A DNA stretch of 63,923 nucleotides, counting the filler, from Salisapilia sapeloensis CBS 127946 (lineage: Eukaryota > Protista > Oomycota), in assembly GCA_023334545.1 (NCBI GenBank). It is 10 parts of 10 records of this genome, joined end to end, with 100 filler letters (N's around TTAATTAATTAA, not from the genome) between each part and the next. Parts side by side here need not be neighbours in the genome. Positions count along the whole stretch, not along the records: positions 26,685 to 45,446 come from JAADVB010000318.1; positions 45,547 to 48,099 come from JAADVB010000878.1; 8 more parts are not named here. One strand, 5' to 3'. A program made the translations under genes and the position numbers. Under the pieces are notes generated by a model. The model did no database searches and was not told the origin of the DNA. It saw only the letters and a program-made list of their open reading frames with translations. Below are positions 33,456 through 45,590 of the stretch, piece by piece; the first letter of the stretch is position 1, and the number at the start of each line of letters is the position of its first letter.

Positions 33456-35458
33456 CTATACGCTCGAAGGTCGCAGTACATCCTGTTCTTCATCACCTTC
33501 CTCCGTCAGCTCTAATTCCGTATCTCTCGGTTGTTCACTTCGTTTCTTGCTTTTATTTCCAGAAGATGTCGGCTCGACAAGTCCAAATTCCTCTTCCTCA
33601 TCAATGTCATCACTTTCGAGACGCGTCACACGGTTAAAACCTTTACGCTTGCGTCTCTTTCGACTGATCGAGATGACGACTATAAGTACAAACGCGACGA
33701 CGAGGACGATACCGACGATAGTGAGAACCATCGGATGATCCTTATCCTCTTCTCTCATGTGAGAGAGGACTGATGTACGATTAAGTCCTGGCATCATCTC
33801 TGGTGGAGTGACTGGCTTGGTGGATGCAGCTACTAGTTCCTGATTCGTTTCCTCTTTTACTGACGAAGATGAACTCTCTGTCCCTGTCCCATAGCTTCCA
33901 TTGGTCGATTCTTCGCTTGCTGCTGGTGCAAATGTACAATTAGCTTTGACAAAGCCGACTCGACTGTTACTTGGTTCAAACAAGACATCGTGGTCGAGCA
34001 TAAAGTTTGCACCGAGGACACCACCAGAGGCTTCGGACAAGAAGATGCTGCCACAAAAGTGATTGTGGTCGTATGCAATGTAGTGTAAAGGAGAGAAACT
34101 AAGCGTAACGTTCCCACCATCATCTGCTTCTAAGACATACTGGATGTCAGGAAGCTGCATGGCTTCTTTGTCAGAGTACCCTTGACAGTCATGTCCAAGC
34201 GATTGATACTTTTGTCCTGCGACTTTCATGAAAGTAGAACTGAACGCTTCTTGAAGAGAGGAAGGAAGATACGAGTCTGTCGTGCCACTATCAACTACAA
34301 AGCGTCCTTCTGAAAGGCTTTTGGATGGTGCTTCGATCGACGTATTGCCAATGAGAATGTCCAAGATCTTGACATTATAATATGACCTACAAAACGTGAG
34401 CACATGATGCTTGGGATAACGTAAAATAAATAATGTACGATGTATCTGTGTCCTGTAGTTTGGCATATTGGATGTCACCGACGTGTCGAGACGTTTCAGG
34501 AGCGCCAATGGTCATGCTCCCACCTTCCTCTGCGAAACAGAGTGCAAAAGACTTTTGCTGAATCTTGTTGGCTTCGTAGAGTCTGGATATAATGTGATGA
34601 TCTATCAAGAGTTAATACAAGACGTAGGTGCATGGCATGGGAAGGGAGCGAGTACTTGAGTTAGATAAGCCCATGATCCCATCCGCAACTTGTGTGACGA
34701 AGAGACCACTTTCATGCTGCTGACAGCCGAATGGGAAACGCGTGCCGAATTGATTTCGCATCGCAGCGTCCTCGAAACTATCTTCTCCGCCGAGGTACAC
34801 GACATCTTCGACGACTGTTGCAGACCAACTACTTCCTTCGACATATCTCTACACGATGCTCTTTAGCACTTGGTCATTGGGATGAAGCTGTGGATAGATG
34901 TACCTGAGAGACTGTACACATTTCACTCGTATTGCCACAATTGTCGCAACGGAATTGCGAAGGAGCAGCTCCACACGTAACGTGTGTCAAGGTCGAGGAA
35001 TAGGCAGCGTTAAATGGACGGTCTGTATGTGATCCACATCCGATGCATCTGTCATGGGCAAGTAGACGTATGAGAGTCAATGTCGATGTATGCAGCCATG
35101 TAAACGTACTCGGAGCATGGGAAGGCCATGAGACTGCTGCCCGTGTCGGCGATGACAGAAGCGCGTTGTGGTGGTGTCCCTGCATATACCCACGTATAAT
35201 GCGTTCTATCATGATGCACACATCAAACTATTGCGTATGGATAGTTGTACGGAGGGACGCATACCCGAGACCGAGATGAAGCGGTACCATCTCCATCGTG
35301 TCCGGGTCCGTAGAAACTTCTTGCTCCTGCAGCATGCGTCGTCGATCTGCATAGCTTTCGTGATGCACTTGGTCTCCTGGAGTGCGATGTAGGGGCAGGT
35401 GGATCGCATCCGTAACGGCCATCGTGAACGCGACTAGCGTCCAGAGCGACGAAGACAT
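33456..35458 (-). CDS. Type-I membrane A1 aspartic protease, plasmepsin V/ASP5-like (copy 2), multi-exon
   Basis: Signal peptide MSSSLWTLVAF, THYAWVYAG...VIADTGS, Cys-rich insert CIGCGSHTDRPF, FGCQQHESGLF...ADGIMGL, FVVDSGTTDSY, GGVLGANFM, and a TM helix followed by RKRRKRK. Confidence 0.9.
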
Positions 35459-36083
35459 CGCTTTTCGCTCTGATGTTTTGTTGTCTTTTCGAACAACGTT
35501 CGAAAGCGTTTCCAACATGATGGCTTCATGGTAACCTACCGCCTAGTACGACTTTCATGTACTCTGCTAATGAGGCAGTAAGATACTTGCCTACAAGGAT
35601 AATTGTGATTATATCGACACCAGGACAAACTACGATACAAGTAATGCTTGATTCTTGCTGCCATGCATCTAGAAAACCAGACTAGAATGGTCTGAAGCGT
35701 AGTAGATTGTACCTTGCAAGAGCTTCGTTCGCTTTATTTTCAGGCTTTGGCTGCTTGTCACATCAGATACGAGTCTACTGTCTTCATGTTAGATTTCGCG
35801 CGACCTTCAGGTTTAAACGCCAAGAGGATCGGACAGCAATGATGACATCTGCAGTAGCTGTAGAGCGTATGACTTAGGACTAGAGATGATGTTTGTATGT
35901 GTAAGCTGTTCCGTGCACTATACCTTGTGCATGCAATGTGAGCTTTTCATTTCATGCCCAAGCCATTCAAAGTAGAAACGCGTCAATTTGTATTTCGGCT
36001 AGTAAGCTACATACATTAAGCCCCGATATCCCTCCAGTCGATGCACGCCACATGACTTATACGTTCATGCACTATTCCACTCG

Positions 36084-38870
36084 TCATTTCGAGCGTGCTT
36101 CTTCCAACTTTTGCTCATACTCGCTCGTATCTGCCTTTAAATTCGACTGAATTTGCCGTCTCATGTCGTCCACATCCGGCGCAGAGAACGCATCCACTGG
36201 CATCAATGGCGCCAGCTTGGCATCAATCACGTCCTTCGGGACGCCTCCATTCTGCTCTTGTGCAATCAGCAACTGCTGATAATAGTACAGCACGACTTCA
36301 GCAAACTTGAGCGTATAGACGCCACAGTCAAAATAGTTTTCCTGTCGAGGCACTTGCACCGTCGTCTTCACCACTTGGGCCTTATTGTACGCTGGTACAG
36401 CTTGACCTGGAAAGTTAGACGAGTAGTATCGCTCCCATTCCAATGCGAGGAAACTACATTGGGACTTAGTGTTATCTACCACCATGATCTCTAGCTAACG
36501 TACTGCCGAAGGTTGCGTGTGATGATGTTCGAGTTGTGGTACCCGAGCGAATCCAAATGCGCAATACACGTCGGTGTCTACTTTCAATTCAGCTAATACC
36601 CAGGTATAAAGATAGCGACAGGTATACATCGACTTCTTCATCTGGACGCATGACCGCAGCCGTGATCGGATTAAGGATCATCGCGAGACTCCAATGCATA
36701 CTACAATCACCATTAGCATCCTCTCTATACGCGCTCATGAAGCCTACGTACTCTTTGTTGATCGGCAAGAAGATGATGGACCTATCAAAGAAGTTGCATT
36801 TGGCAATCCAAGACGTTACGTTCGTATGTCCGTCTTCCAGTCGTTCTCTCGGCGATCTACCTCGTCCATTGACAAGTCTCGTGTAGAAATGAGACGACAG
36901 GAAGAGCACATTCTCCTGTATCCCAGCGTGTGTGCCATACTCCTTGAGCATCAACCTCTTGAGATGATAATCAATGATATTGTCGTTTAAATACTGCTCT
37001 GGCTGCAAGAGCGACACGTCCTTCTTGCACAACGTTACGACGTCCGTCGAGCATGGAGGAAGAGGGTACATGAGCTGGACTTCATACGCAGTCTCATCCT
37101 CTTCTTCGACATCGAAATAATCATCTAATCTCTTCGGTCCAGTGTCCCTACGCAGCTGCATCTGTCTCGGTGGAGACTTTCGTGGAGGCTCAAGGATCGC
37201 TTCCAAGTACTTTTTCGCTTTCTCTCGACTAGGTCTATGTCAAGATTAGTTTTTCTCTATACACAAGTTGCTAGATGATGACGTACATTGGTTTGAACAT
37301 ATAGCTCTCTCCTAGATTCTCCTCTGCCTGCCGCAACGCACCTTCCGATGCACTGGTGTTGAAGACGATGACGAGGTACGTTTTCGACTTGTCTCTCTTG
37401 TCTCCTGTAAACAAGTTTTTCAACTCCTTCATGTCTTTGTCTTCTATAAAAGACGGACGGCATGCAATGAACGATCGGCTATCTAGAAAGTCATCAGCAT
37501 CGTCTGGGGCATGCAACGATCGCTTTTGGACAGGACTTCGATAAATCTTGAATGCTTTTAGAGCAGAAATCGCCAGACGGATCTCCTTTGGTCCATGGAA
37601 ACCTTCTGATCCTTGGTGCTCGATATTGGAAATATTGATCTGTTCATGTGTGATGCATATCGTTGCTATCACATGCAATTGCCCGATCCAGAGCGGCCAG
37701 TGCTTTAGTCTTAATAACGTATCGACTTTTTCTTCCTCTTCCTCCGTCCCATTCGCCTCTGTTTCCGTCTCGGAGTCTGATGCAAGTGAGATTGGTTCAT
37801 CTGCACTCTGTCCCTTTTTCATCTTCTTTTTCCCGTCCGCAGACGTGAGCTGAGATTGTTGTAATGGTCTTCGCTTACGACTTGGTTGGACATTCGAGAC
37901 GCTGTCGTTGGCTTTGGGTGTCGAGTAGAATGCGGATGGATCTGTGGACTTGACACGAGGGTTGACACTTGGCGATTGTGTCCGGCGAGGCGATGGCGTG
38001 TTGTTTCGAATGCTCTCTGTGGATGGCATAGCAGACGCGACGGTCGGAGAAGTGGTTTTTGGCGTTGGTTGGGAAGAGGAGAAGAGGCTCTTACGACTAG
38101 GGGATCCTCTTGTTTTCTCCAGCGGTGATGAAGTGGCTGCTGGAGGTCCACTGGCCATTTCAAGCGATGAAGACGCAGCTTTTAGAGCCGGATGAGTGCT
38201 TCGGCTATTATCAGGCTTTCTGTTGAGAGATTTAATAAACCCGTCGCTTTTGGCTGGTGGCATGTAGTAGCTCTATCGCTGCATTAGTCTAGTAAGTGGA
38301 TGAATCGAATCCGAAGAGCGTACTTCTAAGCGTGAAGCTTCGTCATTCAAAAAGGAAGCACCGACTTGAATCTGTGTGCCACTACCTTTTGTTTGTCCTC
38401 TATACTTTGGACGAGATGGGCTTGGACTGTGACGCTCAGGTCGTCGCGTGGGACGCACAACGTCGTCGTTATCCCCGAAATGAAAATGCTCCGTCGGTCG
38501 ATAATAGTTTGATTGGTCTCTCCTACTCATCATACGAGTATAAGAGTGCTATGCAAAAAAATTATGATTGCTAGTATATACCGAACTGCATGATCACTTG
38601 AAACTCGGTCAAAATCGTCTGTGACATCGACCACATGACCGAGTGGGCGACCATGAGACGTATGTGGAGGCGTTCGACGTCGAGCTCCAAACGTCTTATT
38701 TCGAGGTCGTTGCTCTCGTCCAGGTGGCGTATGTATATCATTATAAGCCCGAACGTGGGAAGAATACTGATCCATGATGCGTCCTCTACCTGTCTTCTCT
38801 AGTTCCTTTTCCTTGTTTCGCGGTGTTGGAGTGATGTTTATGCCGTGTCCCACGGTACTTTGAACCTCCT
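36084..38870 (-). CDS. SUMO-specific protease (Ulp1/C48 family, SENP6/7-Ulp2 type), multi-exon; 5' end uncertain
   Basis: YLNDNIIDYHL, FLSSHFYTRL, catalytic His (HWSLAMI), Asp (LDSLG) and Gln/Cys (QENYFDCGVY). Confidence 0.85.
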
Positions 38871-39223
38871 AAAGCTGAAGTACCTTGTGGATATGTTATA
38901 CAAGAGTATACTCGACCTAAAATAAATTCTTTCGGTCTCGATGATAAAGATGCTATTCACAGAAAGGATTCTGTACTCTATGCTGATGATAGAGTAGTCT
39001 TTTGAGGTATCCATGTATTGATATTTATGAAAAGAAAAGGCTACAATCCTGTCAAGCGAATGTAGATATGGTGATAGATGATTTGAACTGATTTATCGGT
39101 TGGGGGGCATGCTTGAATGCTTCGTCTCAGACGACATGTCTCGTTTCGTGTAGCGCCTTACAAATTCTCAATACGGCGGAATCATCGTGGACGTGAGTAG
39201 CAAGGCGAGCAATTCCCACTCTA

Positions 39224-39237
39224 TCACTTCTCACTTT
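39224..39237 (+). promoter_or_regulatory. Two tandem Inr-like heptamers (TCACTTC, TCACTTT) upstream of the FYVE-CRAL/TRIO gene
   Basis: Both match YCAYTYY and lie 17-30 nt before ATG 39254. Confidence 0.35.
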
Positions 39238-39253
39238 ACGACGAGCAACGAGT

Positions 39254-41752
39254 ATGGCGCATCGGACACCTCATGCCGTCTACAAGTCTTTCCATTCACG
39301 CAAATTGCGGGAATCTAGTACAGCCAACTCGACCATGTCCTCTTCTTCGTCGAATGCACTAGGTTCGCCTCTGCAGCGCCCACCTCATGAAAGTACGAGT
39401 GAACCAGAGAATGACTTGGACGATGACGAAAATATGGTCGGTTCGTCTTCATTTCCAGCTAGTTCAGAGTGGAAGGAAGAGCCTGGACAAACCATTCGTC
39501 GCCGATTCGCATCCTTAAATGGACGTCTACTAGGCTCCAGCAGTGTCGAACATGCAGACAATACAAATAAGAATGCACCAACAGAATCAAAATGCCATGT
39601 CTGCAATGCAGCACTACGTCTCTATCGGTTCCGACATCACTGTCGCAATTGTGGACAGACCGTCTGTGGCGTCCATAGCAAGAACCACGTCCCATTGCCG
39701 CATCTTGGTATTATGAAAGAAGTACGAGTATGTGATATTTGCATCCGACAGCTCGTACAGAGACGTGCAGGCTATCGCAGTCCTCCACACAAGTCTCAGA
39801 GCAGTGTCGAAGGACGCTTGTCCAGTATAGAAGACGGTCCGCCATCTCCTAGTTCGCCTGGAGCTGTCTCAGAGCCACCAGCAACCGAGACTGGACGCAG
39901 CTCCATGTCGAAAGAGCTAGAGCTCATGCGAGGTCCAATGACTGGCATCCTGTACTCTAGTTTGGTGGAACAACAGGACAATACGATGGATGATATACTT
40001 TACTTGGGCTCTCTTACGATGGCTGGGAGGTCTGCTGCTAGTCGTCGAATGGGTGGCAGTGTCGCGATCTGGAAGGACCGTATGTTCCTCCTAACTGCCG
40101 CAGAGATCCTTTGCTTCAAGGCGAGTCGACAGGAAGGAGACGCATCTCTAGGTGAACTACGCTCATCCGTTCACCTAACGGACATTCTCCATATCGAAGT
40201 CAATGACGCTCTACCTCGTATCCTAACAGTCGTACGATCCGATGGACGCATCTTCCGCGTACGAGCCAAGACGAGTGAAGAATGCTCGGACATTGCAGCC
40301 CATCTCAAGCGAGCGATGCAGCAGTTCCAAGACGCCATGCACCGTCTGCATCGAGGTCCTTTGCCTGAAGACAATTGGATCAGCTGCGTCACGGTGCAGC
40401 ACGAGTCATCTCTTCCTGAATCGGTGCTCCGACGTGGTTTACAATCCCAAGAGACGTTGCAAGTAGACTTGTACCCTTCCTCTATCCTCCGTTTCTACGT
40501 AAACGCTCCGAACGCCAATGGTGTCGCATCCTTTTCCTGTGAATCACTCCTAGTACATGATGTCACCGAAGCAGAAGCAGAACCTGTGGACTTGGAAGCT
40601 TGTGACAGTCAGACAAGACTGCATGTATCTCTGCATTCAGATCTCGTGCCTCTGTCTGCGTCTGCAGACCACACGCCTCGTCGATCTGGCGCGTTCATCG
40701 TCCTCCTCGTGGCTGTCGCAGTCGGATTAAATACACTAGATATGGTTCCGTACTACGTCGAAGTCGGAGTGTGGCTTGGCGCTTTGATCCTCCTTCTCCT
40801 TCGCGTGTACGAGCCACTGCGTCTACTAGTCTCAACGAGAAGACTGCAGCTCGTCAAGCGACTGAATGTCACATGTGACTCGATTGAAGTCGGTCAAACA
40901 ACTGATGAATCTCCGACGCAAGAGCTTTTGGCAGATGAAGAACTAGATGAACGTTTCTTGGAAGGATGCAACGGTGATGTGGATGAAGCGAAGCGACGGT
41001 ATAAGCAAACGCTTGAGTGGCGTAAGGAGAACGACATGGACAATGTCTTCTTCCGTCCATTCCTGCCATTTACGGACATGAAAGAGAGTTATCTGCATTG
41101 CTTCCATAAACGTGACAAGCACGGACATCCGGTCATGTACGAGTTCCTAGGCAATTGGGCTGGTGCGAGAGAAAACTTTCTCGCGAGAGGCGTATCGGAG
41201 GATCAAGCAGTCATGCATACGATTATGATGCAAGAGTTCATGTGGCAAGTGCTTGATCCTCGTCCGTTTCCGAACGGAACGCAATTAAAGATTTATGACA
41301 TTCGAGGTATCTCGATGGGAGACGTGTCGGGTGATATATTCAATTACACGAAGAAGCTTGGCGAGACCGTGGCACTGTATAATCCCGAGCGATTGTGTCA
41401 GGTCTTTATCATCAATCCACCTGCATGGTTCAGTCTTATCTGGAAGATGATCTCACCACTTATCAATCCAAACACGAGGGAACGAGTGCATGTTCTACGT
41501 GGTCAAAAGGAGATTGCAAAAGGTCTGCTAGAAGTTGTGCCGGCGGAGAACTTACCAGAAGAACTCGGAGGCGAGTGCGAATGTAGTGGCGGTTGTCTTG
41601 GCAATGGACCGGAAGAGCGGGATCTGAAGGAGTACATGGCGTTATTGAACGAGCAGGAGACGGATGAAGCTGACATTGAAAAGGCGTATCAGGACCTCTG
41701 TGCAAAGTATAGAGCACAGTTGGACGAGTTGAAAGATAATTCGAACGAATAA
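39254..41752 (+). CDS. FYVE + PH + two TM helices + CRAL-TRIO (Sec14-like) protein
   Basis: FYVE CHVC...RFRHHCRNCG...VRVCDIC; PH-like WKDRMFLLTAAEILCFK; two hydrophobic helices; CRAL-TRIO RFLEGCNGDVDEAKRRY...DKHGHPV...IINPPAWFSLIWKMISPLI...LPEELGG. Confidence 0.85.
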   Translation: MAHRTPHAVYKSFHSRKLRESSTANSTMSSSSSNALGSPLQRPPHESTSEPENDLDDDENMVGSSSFPASSEWKEEPGQTIRRRFASLNGRLLGSSSVEHADNTNKNAPTESKCHVCNAALRLYRFRHHCRNCGQTVCGVHSKNHVPLPHLGIMKEVRVCDICIRQLVQRRAGYRSPPHKSQSSVEGRLSSIEDGPPSPSSPGAVSEPPATETGRSSMSKELELMRGPMTGILYSSLVEQQDNTMDDILYLGSLTMAGRSAASRRMGGSVAIWKDRMFLLTAAEILCFKASRQEGDASLGELRSSVHLTDILHIEVNDALPRILTVVRSDGRIFRVRAKTSEECSDIAAHLKRAMQQFQDAMHRLHRGPLPEDNWISCVTVQHESSLPESVLRRGLQSQETLQVDLYPSSILRFYVNAPNANGVASFSCESLLVHDVTEAEAEPVDLEACDSQTRLHVSLHSDLVPLSASADHTPRRSGAFIVLLVAVAVGLNTLDMVPYYVEVGVWLGALILLLLRVYEPLRLLVSTRRLQLVKRLNVTCDSIEVGQTTDESPTQELLADEELDERFLEGCNGDVDEAKRRYKQTLEWRKENDMDNVFFRPFLPFTDMKESYLHCFHKRDKHGHPVMYEFLGNWAGARENFLARGVSEDQAVMHTIMMQEFMWQVLDPRPFPNGTQLKIYDIRGISMGDVSGDIFNYTKKLGETVALYNPERLCQVFIINPPAWFSLIWKMISPLINPNTRERVHVLRGQKEIAKGLLEVVPAENLPEELGGECECSGGCLGNGPEERDLKEYMALLNEQETDEADIEKAYQDLCAKYRAQLDELKDNSNE

Positions 41753-41760
41753 AAGACCTA

Positions 41761-44134
41761 TTAGTTTTCCAACTGGCGTAAATCGACGAGATGGCGTAGC
41801 GTCGGTCGGCCATGAGGGCAATTCCACGGCTGTTGGAGCTTGGCGAGGTTCCGGACGATCCTCTCCATCTCGTCTTTCGGTAACGCTGTCCCGATCATAA
41901 TGGAGCTACGACATGCACGAGATGCGAGCATGGAAGCGACTTTCGGCAATCGAACGCTGTCTGGGCTCATGGAAGTGTCTGCTAAGAGTGACGCGAGCTC
42001 TCGAATGTCCTGGACGTCAAACTGCGTTTGTTTCGAAAACGGGAGTGTGAGCAGCTTCACTTTTCCACCTGCCGGTGCGTCTGAATCAATGTCAAGTCCA
42101 AACCCGTTTCGTTCAAACACTTGCGGGTGTTCTAGAATCACAAGTTCCTCTGCAGCCGTGAGTTCCAGTTGCATCGGTCGAACCAGAGGTTGGTGATGCA
42201 TAACAGTAGTCTTTTGCAGTGTCTCGAAAGTATGCTTCTCATCACTTGCATGTTGGTCGATGATGAATAGATCGTCGTCTAACTTGGCGATGATGAAACC
42301 GAGATTGAATTGACCTAGGATTTGCATCCGAGTAAAGTCTTCTTTGCTCAATACACGTTGCAAAGCTGCTTCCGCGACTTGGTTTTCCACTTGAGAGTTA
42401 TGGAAAGTAGAGCCGGTGGTGGGTTCATGCCTCGACTTGTCGTTCGCCGTGTCTTTCTCAGCAAAGTATGCTCGGCGCTGCTCTTCCAAGTGTTCCCACG
42501 ACCACCTCGATAAGGTCGTCTTTGGTTGAGAGGATATGCACAACGTAGAAGCCTCTTCTCGAGGACGTTTACGACGAGGTTCTACATCTGACTCTTGTAC
42601 CGGTGGCGATTCTCTCGTCAGATACCGTTGGAGGGGCTTTGGCACGTCTGGAGATGGAGCTAGAACCTCCGTGACCAGTGCAGATGTCCCACTACCCGTC
42701 GGCTTTGCCGGTGTTACGATACTCGATTCCTTCCTATTCCTATCCGAACTAGCATGTATCTCTCTATCTCTTATGGAAGTTTCTTGCGGCTTACTGGCGC
42801 TAGATACCTTATCCCTAGTCTGTACTGGTGCTCTGTTCTCCTTGGCAGCGGCATTGGTTTGTGTCTGCTCTGGAGCTTTTGTTGCTTTCGACTGCGAGAA
42901 CGAAGGTAGAAGCGACTGGACTGTAAAAGTACCTCGCGACGGCTCATAGAAGTCATTTAACTTGGTCTTTAACGTATCGATGATAGCGACCTCGTGTCTG
43001 ATGAACGCTTCTCGCTTATCCGGTGTCACATTCACATCCAGGTCTTCTGGAGGTAACTGAAAGTCGAGTACGCATGCAGGCTTTTGCTTCATCTCAAACT
43101 GCCGCCAGACTTCATTCACTGCTTTTGTCACTTTGGGCAAGTCTACCGGACGTCCGTTTATGAAGAAGAATTGTCGATCGTTATCACTACGTCCAACACC
43201 AGCACCGACTTTCGAGATGAACCCACGAACGGATCGATTTGCTTTGTCTTGCGAGTCGGGAAGATCTTCCTGCGATGAATCCTCCGTCTCCAAAGTCGAC
43301 TTGATTGGTGTGAGATCGAAATCGACTGGAGACAACGTCCGGAAGAACTTGACCCCAAAGACATCCGCGATGTTGTCGCCGACGTTACTGTGTGTCTGCG
43401 TCGATAGCACTGTTTGCCTCGACACTTTATTACCACTACTATTCGCTACGGAAATCTTGATGTTCGTGCAACCGATGGCATAGGCCTGGAGGACTTTAAG
43501 GAGTTTGCCATAGTGTCGCTTCAAGTTCCGGCAAAAGTCCTTGTGTCGTACTGGCAGTGGCTATTCCATGTATAAAGTCGACGAAGTCTACTAGATAGAA
43601 GTGTTTTCATGTACCTTGAATAGCTCTTCGATGATAACTGTCGTTCCCTTCGGTCGAGCTTTCTTCGTCTGTATATATTACGTCATTCCGTGCATTCAAA
43701 TAGAGTGCTCGTAGTTCAAGTACCTGATTGATGAGTTTACCAGAGGTATCAAACTCTAGTAGCGTCCCCAGTTCATCTTCCTTGGTGCGCGTGAGGACAG
43801 AGAACCCAGCAGCGAGTTGACATAGCGAAGAGAGCGCTTCACCTCGGAATCCGAATGATCCAACTGAAGAAATGTCTTCGAATTTGCTGATCTTGGACGT
43901 GTAGTGCCTCAGTGCTAGCGTCTCGTGGCTGTGACTCGGTACTCCATTCCCGTCATCGCTCACTTCGATGCTTTCTCGACCACTATCACGCAGACGTACT
44001 TCAACATGAGAAGCTCCAGCGTCGATTGCATTCTCTACTAGCTCCTTAACGGCTGTAGCGAGATCGGTGACGGACTGACCGCTGCAAAGTCGCTGGGCAT
44101 CCGCTGCATTGAGCACATGAAGCTGCCGTTCCAT
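41761..44134 (-). CDS. PMS2: MutL-alpha endonuclease subunit PMS2/Pms1 (3 exons)
   Basis: GHKL ATPase motifs KELVENAIDAGA, DDGNG and SFGFRGEALSSL; endonuclease motifs DQHASDEK, SRACR and WNCPHGRPT. Confidence 0.95.
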
Positions 44135-45160
44135 ACTTTATACTGGAGCTACTGCTTTGCGCGTAGTGTGGTAGAGTAATAGGTGTATGCAAGGACTACT
44201 GAAGATCTTTGGTGTGGATTAAAGTGAATGTAGATCAGAGGAGCGATGTAAGAAGCAGTTGGTGATGTACCGCTCGCTTCCTTGATTTCGATTGTGCTAA
44301 AGGCGGGAAAATCGGATAAAATCACTTGGACAAAGTATGCTACAAATGATGCGCATACTATTTGGCTGACGAATGGGATATCGTGGACACTCGGGGCAAA
44401 GTTATCACTGAAGAAATTATAATGGGTTTGTAGTAGGATAAGACTTCGACGACTATTTTGATAGTTAAAGCAAGATGGACATTACTGGTATGACATACAT
44501 CGAATGGGTATTTTGTTTAAATTAGTCATAAGTTACCATTACCAGCGTCTTCCTTAATGTGCCTCTGAAATGGTCTCATCGCAGTGCAGGCTACTAGAGG
44601 ATGGGATTGCTGGATATTAGCTAAATAGTGGTACTTTAAGTAAGACTCCAATGGCTTGGAAAGGTGATGCGAAAGTTCTATCTACGGAAAGGTTGGAAAG
44701 AGAGCAATCATAGATGCAACTGATGTATCTGCCAAGTAAGCGAAATACTCTACTCGTAACTTCATGCTTCCAGGCATGTCCATCGTTAGAGCGAGTCGAT
44801 ACAGGAAGTCAATTTCAAGGGTAAGAAAAAGCCATCTAAGAGCACATTTTTAAACCCTCAGGTAAGGAGACCACGAAGAGTTTGTGAGTTATCTTATGCT
44901 ACGGCTAAAGCGCTCTTGCGTGCTTTCGTATAGAATTGACTGTTATAGCAAATGGCTGAATTTCTTAGGTGGTAGTTAACAGACTCGTTTAATTAACAAG
45001 TAGATAGCATCAAATAGCTCTTGTATATTTCTACACAGATGATAGTAGCACGTTAGGCGTACTCGCTCTTGCGTCAATCTACTCGTGAGCATCCACTTCC
45101 CAAGCTCGTGCCTTTCGCTTTCGAGCTTTGTACTAATTAAAGAAACTGAACAAGAAATAT

Positions 45161-45320
45161 TAAGGCCGTGTTCGCGCATAATACCGATTCTGCATAATTG
45201 AGGGTTCAGATTTTGTAGCTCTATTAACGATAATCGAATCGGGCAATTCCGCGTTCGTTGAGAATGGTCGATTTTGCTTTGCCGCTTGCCAATGGGAATC
45301 TAACGAAACGCTTCAATATA
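45161..45320 (+). repeat. Dispersed non-coding repeat of about 160 bp, copy 1
   Basis: Aligns without apparent gaps to 48437-48596. Shares the exact blocks aacgataatcgaatcgggcaattccgc (27 nt) and taacgaaacgcttcaatata (20 nt). Confidence 0.85.
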
Positions 45321-45590
45321 TCTTTCTCCCACTACATCGAATGCATAAGCGCGTGCTCTGTACTGCCAATGGATATACGAATTCCTACTCTTGCTCTGTC
45401 TCTGTCTTGGTCATTGATGCTATCAGGAGGAAGTGATCTTCGAGAANNNNNNNNNNNNNNNNNNNNNNNNNNNNNNNNNNNNNNNNNNNNTTAATTAATT
45501 AANNNNNNNNNNNNNNNNNNNNNNNNNNNNNNNNNNNNNNNNNNNNCAACTTACGAGTAGACATAATCATTGGGCACTTGACACTGCAGC

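Noticed and set aside
11097-44134. Apparent DNA-repair cluster (BRCT protein, RAD23, SUMO protease, PMS2)
   Set aside because: The genes lie on three unlinked contigs, so the grouping comes from concatenation.
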